DNA of 64,000 nucleotides from a bacterium (GTDB taxonomy: Bacteria; Cyanobacteriota; Sericytochromatia; S15B-MN24; VGJW01), in NCBI GenBank assembly GCA_021781555.1, contig JAJXWQ010000007.1, positions 529 through 64,528 on the forward strand. Direction: 5' to 3'. Positions 36,676 through 46,746 of the stretch are shown in pieces (within the stretch, counting starts at the first letter, position 1; every line of letters starts with the position of its first letter). Under the pieces are notes generated by a model. It made no database searches, had not been told where the DNA came from, and saw only the letters and a list, made by a program, of their open reading frames with translations. Position numbers and translations under genes: made by a program.

Positions 36676-38046
36676 ATGTCGATCGTGCCCTTCACACCCG
36701 GCCCCAAAGGGGAAGCGGTCAAGCATAACGATCGAGGCGTCGCCCTCCACGAGCAGGGGGATCTCGACGGTGCGGTGGCGGCATACCGCGAGGCGGTCGC
36801 GATCGATCCTTCGTACGCCAACGCGCATTTCAACCTGGCACTCGCCCTCCACGACCAGGGCAAGATCGACCAGGCGATCGGGTCGTACCGGGATGCCACG
36901 CGCCTCGACCCCGAGGACCCCGAGGCCCTTCTCAACCTCGGCGTCGCTCTGCAGACCCGGGGCGACATCGAGGAGGCACGCGCATGTTTCAAGGCCTGCG
37001 TCACGCTCGATCCCGACTATGCTTGCGCGCACTGCAAGCTCGGCGCCCTGCTTTACGATACCGGCGACCTGGATCAGGCCTCATGGGAACTCAAGAAGGC
37101 CCTACGCCTCGATCCCCACTGCCCGGACGGCCATCACACCCTCGGGCTCGTCCTGTTCGATCGCGGCAGGGCGGATGCCGCCCAGGGCGAGTTCCGCCGC
37201 GCCATCGACCTCGATCCGTCACACCTGGACGCAACCCGGGATCTCGGTCGGGTCCTCCAGCAGACCGGCCACCTGGACGCCGCGGTCTCGGAATACCGCA
37301 AGGCGCTCCTGCTCGAGCGCGACGACCTGCATGCCCGCGTCGGCCTCGCGTCGGTCCTGACCCAGCGGGGCGATTACAACGGTGCCATCGAGGCCTTCGG
37401 CCAGATCCTCGCCGAGGCTCCTGATTTCGCCCCCGCCCACCTCGGGCTGGGCGAGGTTCACCAGGCCCTGGGCGATCTGCCGGCAGCCATCGCCTGCTTT
37501 CGCCAGGCAACGGCTCACCTGCCCACCTCGGCGGGCGCCTGGCTGGCGCTCGGCGAGGCCCTCCACGCCGTTCACGATACGCGGGCGGCCCTCGCTGCTT
37601 ACGAGACCGGCCGCCGCCTCGCACCCCAAGATCCGGCGGCCCACGAGGGCTGCGGCTGGGCTCTCCTCCAGAACAAGGAGCCCGGCGAGGCGGTTCGCTC
37701 CTTCACAGAAGCCGTCCGGCTGAGTCCAGATTCCGTCGGTGCCCGCTTCGGGCTGGCTTCCGCCCTGGCAGCTCAGGGCGCCGCCGAGGACGCGGTGGCG
37801 GCTTTCGAGGAGGTCATCCGACGCCAGCCGAATCATGCTGCGGCCCACGTCCAGCTGGGCGCCCTGCTGCTGGCGAGAGGGCGTCTCACCGAAGCCGGCC
37901 GAATACTGCAGGCTGCGATCGATCTAGACCCGAGCCTATCCGGCGCCTACCTGCAGCTTGGACTGGCACGTCTGCTGCAAGGCCGCGTGCGCCTGGCCGT
38001 CTCGACCTGGCTGGCGGGCCTGCAGTACCTGAGATCCCGCTCGTAG
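36676..38046 (+). CDS. TPR-repeat protein
   Basis: About 12 canonical 34-aa TPR units (AxxxYxxAxxxdP pattern throughout). Confidence 0.85.
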   Translation: MSIVPFTPGPKGEAVKHNDRGVALHEQGDLDGAVAAYREAVAIDPSYANAHFNLALALHDQGKIDQAIGSYRDATRLDPEDPEALLNLGVALQTRGDIEEARACFKACVTLDPDYACAHCKLGALLYDTGDLDQASWELKKALRLDPHCPDGHHTLGLVLFDRGRADAAQGEFRRAIDLDPSHLDATRDLGRVLQQTGHLDAAVSEYRKALLLERDDLHARVGLASVLTQRGDYNGAIEAFGQILAEAPDFAPAHLGLGEVHQALGDLPAAIACFRQATAHLPTSAGAWLALGEALHAVHDTRAALAAYETGRRLAPQDPAAHEGCGWALLQNKEPGEAVRSFTEAVRLSPDSVGARFGLASALAAQGAAEDAVAAFEEVIRRQPNHAAAHVQLGALLLARGRLTEAGRILQAAIDLDPSLSGAYLQLGLARLLQGRVRLAVSTWLAGLQYLRSRS

Positions 38047-38077
38047 CTGCAAAGCCGCAGGCGAAGGAGTGCGCGGT

Positions 38078-38153
38078 GGCTAGGCCTTTTGCAGTTTGAA
38101 CGGGGCCCGTTTGACTCATCGGGCCCGATCCATTCAAACCGGGAGCACTCTAG
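38078..38153 (-). repeat. MITE/REP-like element, short (76 bp) inverted-orientation form
   Basis: ctaggccttttgcagtttgaacggggcccgtttgactcatcgggcccgatccattcaaaccgggagcactctag. It lacks the internal 32-bp ggttgcgcagcgaagcgaccgcgcagagggac segment. Confidence 0.85.
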
Positions 38154-38893
38154 GCCTTGCGCCGATCGGATCCTTCCATCGACATGACCCACTCGGTGTA
38201 CCTGGGGGTGTCGGTGGGATCGTCCCGCAGCGCCATCCGGAACGTGATGCGATCCTTGATGGGCCGGAAGGACACGACCTCCACGATCTCCTGGCAGTAA
38301 CCCTCGCGGCGGAGATCCTCGACGGCCTTCTGGGGGCTGACCATGACGACCTTGTCGCCCGAGAGCGGATCGAAGGCGACCAGCGTCCCACCCTCGGCAT
38401 CGCCGCGGGGTCCCTCGATGGCGAGCAGCCGGCCATCCGGCGACCAGCCGACGCGCTTCCAGACCAGATCGGGGCCATCCGACGGGACGGCGATCCGCTT
38501 GCCGCTCTTGCGTTCGAACACGGTGAGCGTGTTGGGCGCGCCCTTGATGGAGCTGTCCAGGACACCGACATAGCGGCGATCGGCGCTCATCCGGACTTCC
38601 CCATGCTGCGCGGTGCGCTGGGCCAGGCCCTGGGCGGGCTCGCCCGCCGAGGCCGGCAGGAGATCGGGCACCCAGATGCGCTCGGTCGGGCGCAGAAAAT
38701 TTGGATTCATCGCGGGGTTGCGACGCATGAGCTCAGCCACGGGCACACCCGAAGCTCGGGCGATCGCACCAAGGGTATCGCCCGGTCGCACCAGGTAAGC
38801 GAAGGCCGGACCACGACCGGGGCGGTCGTTGGGAGATGGGCCCGCCGGGATGGGCAGCCTTGCAGGACGCGCAACGCCCGGCTGGCGCAACAT
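38150..38893 (-). CDS. LysM-domain protein
   Basis: LysM (YLVRPGDTLGAIARASGVPVAELMRRNP). ORF trimmed to an internal ATG. C-terminal half possibly beta-propeller-like. No clear signal peptide. Confidence 0.5.
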   Translation of the reverse strand: MLRQPGVARPARLPIPAGPSPNDRPGRGPAFAYLVRPGDTLGAIARASGVPVAELMRRNPAMNPNFLRPTERIWVPDLLPASAGEPAQGLAQRTAQHGEVRMSADRRYVGVLDSSIKGAPNTLTVFERKSGKRIAVPSDGPDLVWKRVGWSPDGRLLAIEGPRGDAEGGTLVAFDPLSGDKVVMVSPQKAVEDLRREGYCQEIVEVVSFRPIKDRITFRMALRDDPTDTPRYTEWVMSMEGSDRRKA

Positions 38894-39097
38894 TGCAGTG
38901 GACACGAGACCTTCCTCCTCCGTGGGCTCGAGGCAACCTTCGCGGCCGTTCGCCTCGCCCGACGAGCCATGACGGCTCTCCAGTTCTATCGTGCTCGGGC
39001 GCCGAAGACTGACGCGCTCGCACGTTAAGCTTGGAGGAAGAAACGCCCCAAAGGGCTTAACCGAGCCTTCCCGCTCCCGGTGCGCTACACTGTCGTC

Positions 39098-39352
39098 ATG
39101 ACCACAGAGAATGGCCTGATGCGCCTGTACCAGTTCGAGTCCTGCCCGTACTGCCACCAGGTGCGGCAGAAGCTAAGCGAGCTCCTGCTCACCTACGTCG
39201 CGATCAACGTTCCGCAGGATCGCTCCAGGCGGCAGGAGGTCATCGCGGTATCCGGACAGCCGACCGTTCCGGTACTGGTCGACGGAGACGTCGTGATCGC
39301 GGACGAGAACGACATCATCGCGCATCTCGAGAAGAAGTACAGCAAGAAATAG
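39098..39352 (+). CDS. glutaredoxin-like protein (CPYC)
   Basis: YQFESCPYCHQVRQKL...GQPTVPVLVDGD thioredoxin-fold pattern. Start ambiguous (39080, 39098 or 39119). Confidence 0.7.
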   Translation: MTTENGLMRLYQFESCPYCHQVRQKLSELLLTYVAINVPQDRSRRQEVIAVSGQPTVPVLVDGDVVIADENDIIAHLEKKYSKK

Positions 39353-39360
39353 GTGGCGGG

Positions 39361-40260
39361 GTGTCGGACAACCCGAGCGTGCGGCTCGACGGCCTGGTCA
39401 AGGCGACGGCGGCCGGCGGACGCATCCGCGCACTGGCCGCCTACACGACCGGCATCGCCGAGACCGCCCGCCAGAACCACCAGACGGCGCCGCTGGCGAC
39501 CGCGGCCCTTGGCAAGGCCCTGACCGGCGGCCTGCTCCTGGCGAATTCGCTGATGAAGGAGGAGGGCCGCCTCACCATCCGCATCGTCGGCGGCGGGCCG
39601 ATTGGCGGGATCATCGTGGATGCGGGCGCGGATGGCTCCGTTCGCGGCTACGTGGGGCGGCCCGATCTCTATCTCTCCCAGGGCGACAAGGATATCGTCG
39701 ACATCGGCCTCGCCGTCGGGCACGAGGGCTTCCTGTACGTGACGCACGACCGCGGAACGGGCCACCCCTACACGGGCGTCGTCCAGCTGGTCAGCGGAGA
39801 GCTCGGCGAGGATTTCACCCATTACCTGGCGACCTCCGAGCAGATCCCTGCCGCGGTTTCGCTGGGCATCTTCATCAACCGGGATGGCACGGTAGCCAGT
39901 GCAGGCGGCTTGCTGGTCCAGCTCCTACCCGATGCCGGCGACGAGATCGCCTGGCGGCTGGAGCAGACCATCAAGGCCCTGCCGGGCTTCTCGGAGCTGA
40001 TGAACCGCTGTCCGGATCCTGCCGACGTGGTGCACCAGGCCCTGGCGGGATTCCAGGTCGATACGATCACCCATCACCAGGTGGGATTCCGGTGCCGCTG
40101 CTCGCAAGAGAAGGTGATGGCGGCGATCGCCAGCCTGGGCGAACAGGAGATCCGCTCGATGATCGACGAGGACGGCCAGGCCGAGGTCCGCTGCCACTTC
40201 TGCGGACACCAGTACCACATCAGCCGCGCCCAGCTCAGCGCGCTCATCGAGGCCAGTTGA
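39361..40260 (+). CDS. hslO: redox-regulated chaperone Hsp33
   Basis: Hsp33 N-domain and the C-terminal Zn centre CRCS...CHFCG. Confidence 0.9.
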   Translation: MSDNPSVRLDGLVKATAAGGRIRALAAYTTGIAETARQNHQTAPLATAALGKALTGGLLLANSLMKEEGRLTIRIVGGGPIGGIIVDAGADGSVRGYVGRPDLYLSQGDKDIVDIGLAVGHEGFLYVTHDRGTGHPYTGVVQLVSGELGEDFTHYLATSEQIPAAVSLGIFINRDGTVASAGGLLVQLLPDAGDEIAWRLEQTIKALPGFSELMNRCPDPADVVHQALAGFQVDTITHHQVGFRCRCSQEKVMAAIASLGEQEIRSMIDEDGQAEVRCHFCGHQYHISRAQLSALIEAS

Positions 40261-40355
40261 AACCTGCCAGCGCGGAGCGCCCCTGGGCTCCTGCTGGGTG
40301 TCCTCCGGAAGCGCACGTGCCGGGCACGTGCCAGCTCCGGCCGTCCGCCGGACGG

Positions 40356-40550
40356 CTAGACCGCGCGCTTGACCTTTCCAGCCTTCAGGCACGAGGTGCA
40401 GACCCGGACCTTGCGAATCGTGCCGTTGCCGATATCGGCGCGGACGCTCTGCAGGTTGGGCAACCAGCGGCGCTTGGTGTGGACGTTGGAATGGCTGACG
40501 TTGAACCCGGTGGCGGGTCCCTTGCCGCAAACTTGGCACTTCCAGGCCAC
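40356..40550 (-). CDS. rpmB: 50S ribosomal protein L28
   Basis: [37 protein letters not shown] start with GGAGGA upstream. Confidence 0.9.
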   Translation of the reverse strand: MAWKCQVCGKGPATGFNVSHSNVHTKRRWLPNLQSVRADIGNGTIRKVRVCTSCLKAGKVKRAV

Positions 40551-40662
40551 GATCAGATCCTCCAGGCAGTGGCCCGTCCCCTGGGGGCTGGACCGAGAAC
40601 AGAAAGGTCACAGACGGAGCCCGCTCACACGCGGCGACGCCCGCTCCGATAAAAGAAGTCGA

Positions 40663-41400
40663 ATGAAGAACCTACCACACCTTTCGCCCTCCGGCAAGCG
40701 CCCTGTCGAGGTCCTGGTGGTCGGCAACACCCACACCACGCTCACCGCCTTCTCTCCGAACCCGACCCTGGCCAAGGCGGTGCGGACGGACGAACTCGCG
40801 GCCTGCGCCGAGGACCTTCTCCGGGCGCGGCCCGACCCGTCGGCGGACCTGGTGGTCGTGAGCGTGGTCCCGCCCATCGAGCCGACGATCGCCTCGATCT
40901 TTCCCGGCGCCACTTTCCTGGCGGCCGAAGCAGCGCCGATCGATATCGCCTATCTTGATCCCTCGACGCTCGGGCCCGATCGAATCGCCAACGCGCTTGC
41001 CGCCCGAGCCCTGTTCGGGGCGCCGGTCCTGACGGTCGACTGCGGGACCGCGACAACCTTCACCGCGGTGGATTCCGACGGTCGACTCGCGGGAGGGGCG
41101 ATCGCCGTGGGCCTCGGGACCGCCCGCGACGCCCTGGCGGCCAGGGGTGCGCGATTACCTACCGTCGATCTTGCCGTTTTACCTCCCGGCCCCGCCACGG
41201 ACACGCGTTCCGCCCTGCAGATCGGCCTCGTCCACGGCCACGCGGGATTGATCCAGCATCTCTGCAAGTTGCTGGCGCCAGCCACCCCGATCCTGCTCAC
41301 GGGGGGCTGGAGCGCGCTCCTGGCCCCCTTGATCCCGCGCTCGCGGCGCGTGGAGCACCTCACCGCCCTGGGCGGAAAGGTCTACCATGACGCCCGGTGA
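40663..41400 (+). CDS. coaX: type III pantothenate kinase
   Basis: VVGNTHT phosphate-1 motif and DCGTATTFTAVD...GGAIAVGLG (ASKHA fold), as in CoaX. Confidence 0.85.
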   Translation: MKNLPHLSPSGKRPVEVLVVGNTHTTLTAFSPNPTLAKAVRTDELAACAEDLLRARPDPSADLVVVSVVPPIEPTIASIFPGATFLAAEAAPIDIAYLDPSTLGPDRIANALAARALFGAPVLTVDCGTATTFTAVDSDGRLAGGAIAVGLGTARDALAARGARLPTVDLAVLPPGPATDTRSALQIGLVHGHAGLIQHLCKLLAPATPILLTGGWSALLAPLIPRSRRVEHLTALGGKVYHDAR

Positions 41401-41851
41401 CGATGGGATCTCCGCGCTACGCGCCCACCACTTCCTGTGCCTCACGACCTTCGCCGGCAAGGGATATTCGCCGGACTTCGCGGCAAACCTGAGCCGGGTC
41501 TTCGGGGCCGCCCAGCGCGGCGAGCTCTCCCGGCTGCGCGCCACGTCGAAGGCCGATTTGATCTGCGGGGCCTGTCCGCACCTCGAGGATGGCTCGGCCG
41601 CCGACGGCTGTGCCTTCAGCGCGTCCATCGCGGCACGAGATCGCCGGATGCTCCGAGCCCTGGGCTGGCGGGAGAATCAAGAGGTCGACTTCGCTGCGGC
41701 CATGGACATCATCCATGAGCGCCATCGCGAGCTCATGCGTCAGGTTTGCCGTGGCTGCGACTGGGAGGCCCTGTGCGCAGAGGAACGCTTTACGCTCCGT
41801 CCCGCAAAGAGCCCGCCGCGCGAAGGCAAACCCGAACCGGGCCCCGTTTGA
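41387..41851 (+). CDS. DUF1284-family Cys-rich protein
   Basis: HHFLCLTTFAGKGYSPDFAANL with CxxC pairs. Overlaps the coaX end by 14 nt. Confidence 0.55.
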   Translation: MTPGDDGISALRAHHFLCLTTFAGKGYSPDFAANLSRVFGAAQRGELSRLRATSKADLICGACPHLEDGSAADGCAFSASIAARDRRMLRALGWRENQEVDFAAAMDIIHERHRELMRQVCRGCDWEALCAEERFTLRPAKSPPREGKPEPGPV

Positions 41852-41983
41852 CTACGCGGACCCGACCCTTGCCAACAGGGACCACCCGGAAGGCTGCCCG
41901 CTCAAGCCGCGCGAACACGGATCCTTGGCGCGCCGGGCCGCGATTCTGGCAGCCAACCAGCGCGTCTCCTGAGCGGCCGGGCG

Positions 41984-43342
41984 CTATGACCTGGGGATCG
42001 CCAGGACCTGGCCCGGGTGGATCCAGTGGGGATTCGAGATCACGTGCCGGTTAATGCCGTAGATGCGCGGCCAGAGCGCTCCGTTCCCGAGGTGAGTGGC
42101 CGCCAGGCTCCAGAGGCTATCCCCCGGATGAACCGTGACCGTCACCGAGCGGGACGGAAACTCGGCCCGTGCCAGCTGCGTCGCGGGGATGTGAAGGATC
42201 AAACCCGGGTGAATCAACCCCGGATCGGATCCGATCAGCTCGCGATTGGCGCGGTACAGCGCGCCCCAGAGCACCGGGTTGCCGAGGTACCGACCTGATA
42301 TCGCCCAGAGCGTATCCGCGGGACGAACCCGATAGGTGATGGCGGTGGCAGGCCTCGAGACGACGACCGTACGGGGGCTGCGCCGATGCCCCGGAGCGAC
42401 GCGAACCGCAGGGTGCTCCGCAGCCTTGACTCCTGGGTGCTCCACCCGGGCGCCGGGGCGCTTCACAACGGCCGGCTTCGCCCGTCCGGGCGCCAGGGGA
42501 GGTGAAGCGTGTTCCGACAGCCGAGCGGCATTCGGGGCGTGCGGGACCGCCGTGGCCTTGACCACGAGGGTCCTGGGCCGGGCGGGGCGGGCAGGAGCGG
42601 CGGGGTGCGCGTGCCCGTATGCAGGCGCCTTCGCCGCCGGCTTGTGGACCGCGATGGGCTTGCCTCCGGGTTGCAGTGGCATCGGAGCAGGCAGGGCTCT
42701 GGCCACCTGCTCGTGGCCTGCTGGCGAAAGTCCCACGAAGAAGCTCGATCCAGGCTTGAGGCCGGTGAGGATCAACGGGAAGGATCGGTATCCCGGCTTG
42801 GCGACCTCGACCGGGCCGCGGCCCATGGTCGAGACCGAGATCCTCGCCTCGCCGTCCGCGCCGGTCCGGGCGACGATCCGCCCGTGGTCCGCGACGATCC
42901 GGGCGCCGGCCAGTGGCCTCCCGGTGGCGGCATCCACGACCCTCACGATGGCGACGGACTGCGCGGCCGGGGCGGCCATGACCGGGCTCTCGACCAGCAC
43001 GGCCTGCGGGACGAGCAGCGCCGCGGCCAAGATGGCAACGCCCGGAGCGGCCAGGCGTGGTCCTGGAGCCGATGCGCGGGCGATTCCGGGCACTTGCAGC
43101 TCTCGCCAGGCCTCTGCCCAGAAAAAGGAAGTGCGCGGTAGCCGAACACCGGACAAACTACCACCCGCGATCGCCGCATCGAGCCAGGCAAGCTCCGCGA
43201 GAATCGAATCCTCGCGCTCGGCTGGTTCGCGACGGGTCGACTCGGGTCCCATGCACATTCTGGGCTTTCCTCGCTTGCTACGCTCGCGTGCCCGGCTACA
43301 GGCCTCCTGGTCAGAGACCAGGCCTGCTTCGAGACGCGCCAA
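41984..43342 (-). CDS. membrane-anchored protein with two C-terminal LysM domains
   Basis: Two LysM-like repeats (YRVRPADTLWAISGRYLGNPVLW... and VTVHPGDSLWSLAATHLGNGALW...). Pro/Ala-rich linker. Start uncertain. Confidence 0.55.
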   Translation of the reverse strand: MARLEAGLVSDQEACSRARERSKRGKPRMCMGPESTRREPAEREDSILAELAWLDAAIAGGSLSGVRLPRTSFFWAEAWRELQVPGIARASAPGPRLAAPGVAILAAALLVPQAVLVESPVMAAPAAQSVAIVRVVDAATGRPLAGARIVADHGRIVARTGADGEARISVSTMGRGPVEVAKPGYRSFPLILTGLKPGSSFFVGLSPAGHEQVARALPAPMPLQPGGKPIAVHKPAAKAPAYGHAHPAAPARPARPRTLVVKATAVPHAPNAARLSEHASPPLAPGRAKPAVVKRPGARVEHPGVKAAEHPAVRVAPGHRRSPRTVVVSRPATAITYRVRPADTLWAISGRYLGNPVLWGALYRANRELIGSDPGLIHPGLILHIPATQLARAEFPSRSVTVTVHPGDSLWSLAATHLGNGALWPRIYGINRHVISNPHWIHPGQVLAIPRS

Positions 43343-43462
43343 CTACGTCCGGGTCCCGCCCGGCAAGAGGGCTGTCAGGTCAGACCTTTGCCTGCGGGCG
43401 GTGCCGGAGTATAGCGCCAGGCGCTCGCCCCTCGCAACCGGAGCGAACGCCGCCCCGATCCG

Positions 43463-44407
43463 TCAGAACAGCTTGCCGTACGTGTGCAGGCCCGTCGCCA
43501 GATAATTCACGCCGAGATAAGTGACCAGCAGCGAAGCGAAACAGAGCACCGCGAACCAGGCCGCTTTGGTCCCCCGCCACTCGCGCTGCAGCCTCACGTG
43601 CAGGTACGCGGCATAGAACAGCCAGGTGATGAGCGACCAGGTTTCCTTGGGATCCCAGCTCCAGTAGGTTCCCCACGCGTGGTTGGCCCACATTCCGCCC
43701 AGGATGATGCCAAAGGCGAGCAGGGGAAAGCCCAGCAAGACCAGGCGGTAGGTGAGCTCGTCGAGCATGTCGAGGGTCGCAACCGACGCCTTGGCTCCCT
43801 TCGCGGCCATCGCGCCCGCGGCACGAGGCGCGAACAGACGATCCCGGTAGTGGAAGAACAGGTAGAGGATCGCGCCCACGAAGGAAAGGAAGAAGGCCGC
43901 GTAGCTGATGAGCATCAGCGACACGTGGACCTTGAGCCAGTAGCTCTGCAAGCTCGGCACCAGCGGATGGGCGTCCTTCAGGCGCGGCGGCAAGAGCGAG
44001 GCCAGGCCGATGATGATGGCTACCAGGAAGCTCGACACCAGACCGAAACCGGGCGCCTTGAACATCCGGTCCACGACCAGATAGATGGCGAAGATCGCCA
44101 CGACGATGTACATCACCGACTCGAAGAGGTTGGATAACGGCCAGTAGTCCGGCGAGATCTTGACCATGTACGAGTAGCGCGTGGCGAGTTCGCCGAAGTT
44201 GGCAAGGGCAGCCACGACCATCAGTCCGTAACCGAACTTGCCGAACATCGGCTTCTTGAGCACGATCTCGAGCAGGAAGGCCACGGCCGCCAGGCCGGCC
44301 AGGATCAGCACGGCGCTCGTGAGGACCTGGTCGATCGCCATCATCTGGTGCATCGACGCGGCGACGGCACCGGTGGACTGGTCGAGGGTCCCGAAATCAC
44401 TGCCCAT
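43463..44407 (-). CDS. ccsA: cytochrome c biogenesis protein CcsA (system II)
   Basis: WWD domain WGTYWSWDPKETWSLITWL with flanking His residues. ATG with AAGGAGAA upstream. Its start overlaps the resB stop. Confidence 0.9.
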   Translation of the reverse strand: MGSDFGTLDQSTGAVAASMHQMMAIDQVLTSAVLILAGLAAVAFLLEIVLKKPMFGKFGYGLMVVAALANFGELATRYSYMVKISPDYWPLSNLFESVMYIVVAIFAIYLVVDRMFKAPGFGLVSSFLVAIIIGLASLLPPRLKDAHPLVPSLQSYWLKVHVSLMLISYAAFFLSFVGAILYLFFHYRDRLFAPRAAGAMAAKGAKASVATLDMLDELTYRLVLLGFPLLAFGIILGGMWANHAWGTYWSWDPKETWSLITWLFYAAYLHVRLQREWRGTKAAWFAVLCFASLLVTYLGVNYLATGLHTYGKLF

Positions 44408-46511
44408 GAAGTTCTCCTTGAGGAATCGCACCTGGAACTCGAGAGGACTGGCCCGGGCCCGGATCCTCGCCGTCGGCGTGGGCCGCTGCCGGGTCCGGAT
44501 CCACCGCGTCGAGCGCAGCGGCTGCGAACGCATCCTCGGCATTGACGCCGAGCTCCCGCGCCATCTGCGCAAGTTCCTGGTGGAAGAGATACTGGCCGCG
44601 GTTGGCCTTGCCCGCGACCTTGCAACCATCGGCGGTGCTGGCCACGTAGAGCTGCCGGTGGCTGAACATGCCGAGGAAGGCGCCCAGGATGACGGTGATG
44701 AATCCGGTGTAGATCACCGGAATCGCCGGATCGCTCTTGGTCTGCAACCCCGAGAACCAGACCGGGCCCCGGTAGTTCACGATGTCATGGCCGAGCTGCA
44801 CCGTATCGTGAGGATCCAGGATGGCTGCAGCCGTCTGATCCCGGGTATTGATCAGCCAGAGCGGGGAACCGGCCGGATCGGCGTTCTGAACGGCGACCAC
44901 GGTCTTACCGCCGATCTCGAACGGATCGGAGGCCGGCCCGGACACCTGGAACCCCGTCATCGACACGTCGACGAGCCGGAGCGGCACGGGCTTGCCGTCC
45001 TCGAGAATCGTCGCGCTCGCCAGCCCCCCGGCCGTTGCGGTGGTCTTCCGGGCCACGTAGCCCACCGTCACGTCGTCGGCAACGGCCGACTGGTGCATGG
45101 CGATCTTGCAGATCGGAGCCAGGGTCCGCAGGTCCATGATCTGCACCGGCCCCTCGGGATCGGGCATGTACAGGAACACCTGGTGCTGGCCCACCACGAA
45201 CTCTCGCGAGATGTACCCCGCCAGGTTGAACCTCCCGGCCGATTCGACCGCAAGGGTCCGGCGCTGCCCGCCGACATCCAGAACCACCGCCGCGATGCCG
45301 GGAGCCGTCGTGACGGAGCCGAGGGCGTAGGTGTGGCCGTCGAGCGCGAGTGGCTTGCCCGGCGCGATGCTTCCGAGGCAGTTCAGGTTCGCCAGGTCCA
45401 GGAGAAAGAAGGGCCGGTGCGGCCCGGCGCTGTAGAAGAACGCCTCCTGCCGCCGGTGGCCCTTCGTCGCGCTGCTGGCCGCGGGTGCGGGAAGCTTGAA
45501 CTGGGTCGAGATGAAGCCAGCCAGCTTGATCGACACGCCGTCTTGACGGGTGAGGAGGATCCGCGTCCGGATGCCGCGGTCGACGACGAACCGCTCGGCT
45601 CCGATGCCGTAGAACGACTGGTAGAACCAGACGCCCTTGTAACGCAACGGGTCGTTGACGTGAATGGTCCGGGTCAAGACGGTCTTGCCCCCGTCCAGGA
45701 CGGACAGGGTCGAGTAGTACTGCTTGACGGCCCCCCCCGGGTAGTGGGTCATCCAGAACTTGTCGAGGTGGATCTTCCAGGAACCCGGATCAGGAGTCAG
45801 CGGCCCGCGTTGGCTCGCGGCCCGCATCGCCTGCTGCACCGGCATCGTGTCGCCGGGCAAGAGGGGGAAGCTATCCTTGAAGCCGGCCAGGCCGGCCGTG
45901 ATGGCCCCGATGAGGATCAAGAACAGCCCCACGTGCACGACCATGGGGGCGAATCGGAACCAGCGGTTGCGATCGGCCACGAGCCCGCCGTCGTTCGTCT
46001 TGAACGTGCGGAAGAAGCGTCGGGAAAGCAACGCCTGCACGCGATCGACCGTTACCCCGGCGAGCTTGAGTTGCTCGGGCAGCCGAGCTTGAACCGCCTC
46101 GGGCAGCTCGCGCGGACGGCCCAGCGCGAACTGGAGGTGAGGCCAGACGCGCACGTAGGTGCAGACGGCCAGGTTGAAGAAGAACAGAGCCAGCAGACCA
46201 AGATACCAGGGCGAGCCGAAGACGTCGTACGCCCGGATCCAGATCAGAAATTGCTTGGCGCCCTCGCTCATACCCGCGATGCCGAGCACGCCGCTCGGCT
46301 CGCCCTGGGGAATCAGGGTCCCGACAATGGATCCGAGGGCGATCAGGACGATCAGAACGACGGCAAGCTTGACGCTGCTCCAGACACGGACGAAGGACGA
46401 CCGCATCGATTCGTAGACCGAAGGCCCCTCGATCTCGGCCTCGGAATCGCGGGGATCTTGAGAAAGGTCGACCGCCTCGGCGGGGGGGTCTTTTTGCGAA
46501 TGTGTCGGCAT
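44397..46511 (-). CDS. resB: cytochrome c biogenesis protein ResB/Ccs1
   Basis: ResB-family architecture (N-terminal TM, large periplasmic domain, C-terminal TM). ORF trimmed to the internal ATG. Confidence 0.8.
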   Translation of the reverse strand: MPTHSQKDPPAEAVDLSQDPRDSEAEIEGPSVYESMRSSFVRVWSSVKLAVVLIVLIALGSIVGTLIPQGEPSGVLGIAGMSEGAKQFLIWIRAYDVFGSPWYLGLLALFFFNLAVCTYVRVWPHLQFALGRPRELPEAVQARLPEQLKLAGVTVDRVQALLSRRFFRTFKTNDGGLVADRNRWFRFAPMVVHVGLFLILIGAITAGLAGFKDSFPLLPGDTMPVQQAMRAASQRGPLTPDPGSWKIHLDKFWMTHYPGGAVKQYYSTLSVLDGGKTVLTRTIHVNDPLRYKGVWFYQSFYGIGAERFVVDRGIRTRILLTRQDGVSIKLAGFISTQFKLPAPAASSATKGHRRQEAFFYSAGPHRPFFLLDLANLNCLGSIAPGKPLALDGHTYALGSVTTAPGIAAVVLDVGGQRRTLAVESAGRFNLAGYISREFVVGQHQVFLYMPDPEGPVQIMDLRTLAPICKIAMHQSAVADDVTVGYVARKTTATAGGLASATILEDGKPVPLRLVDVSMTGFQVSGPASDPFEIGGKTVVAVQNADPAGSPLWLINTRDQTAAAILDPHDTVQLGHDIVNYRGPVWFSGLQTKSDPAIPVIYTGFITVILGAFLGMFSHRQLYVASTADGCKVAGKANRGQYLFHQELAQMARELGVNAEDAFAAAALDAVDPDPAAAHADGEDPGPGQSSRVPGAIPQGELHGQ

Positions 46512-46746
46512 GAGTCTGGAGACCTTTCGAGGCCTGGCTGACGTGCTACGATCGAGTGGTCCGAGGCAGTCTGCGCGAGGCCTCCGATCAGTATAGCTCA
46601 CGGTCTCGATTCGTCCTCGACCGCTTATAATGGAGGCCTTCGCGCCTGAATTTACAAGCAAGACGCTCCGCGCGACCGTTTCGGTCACCGGGATCGAGCA
46701 AGGTTGTATCCTTGATCTTGGGCCGGCCGACACCAGCTGCTAGACG

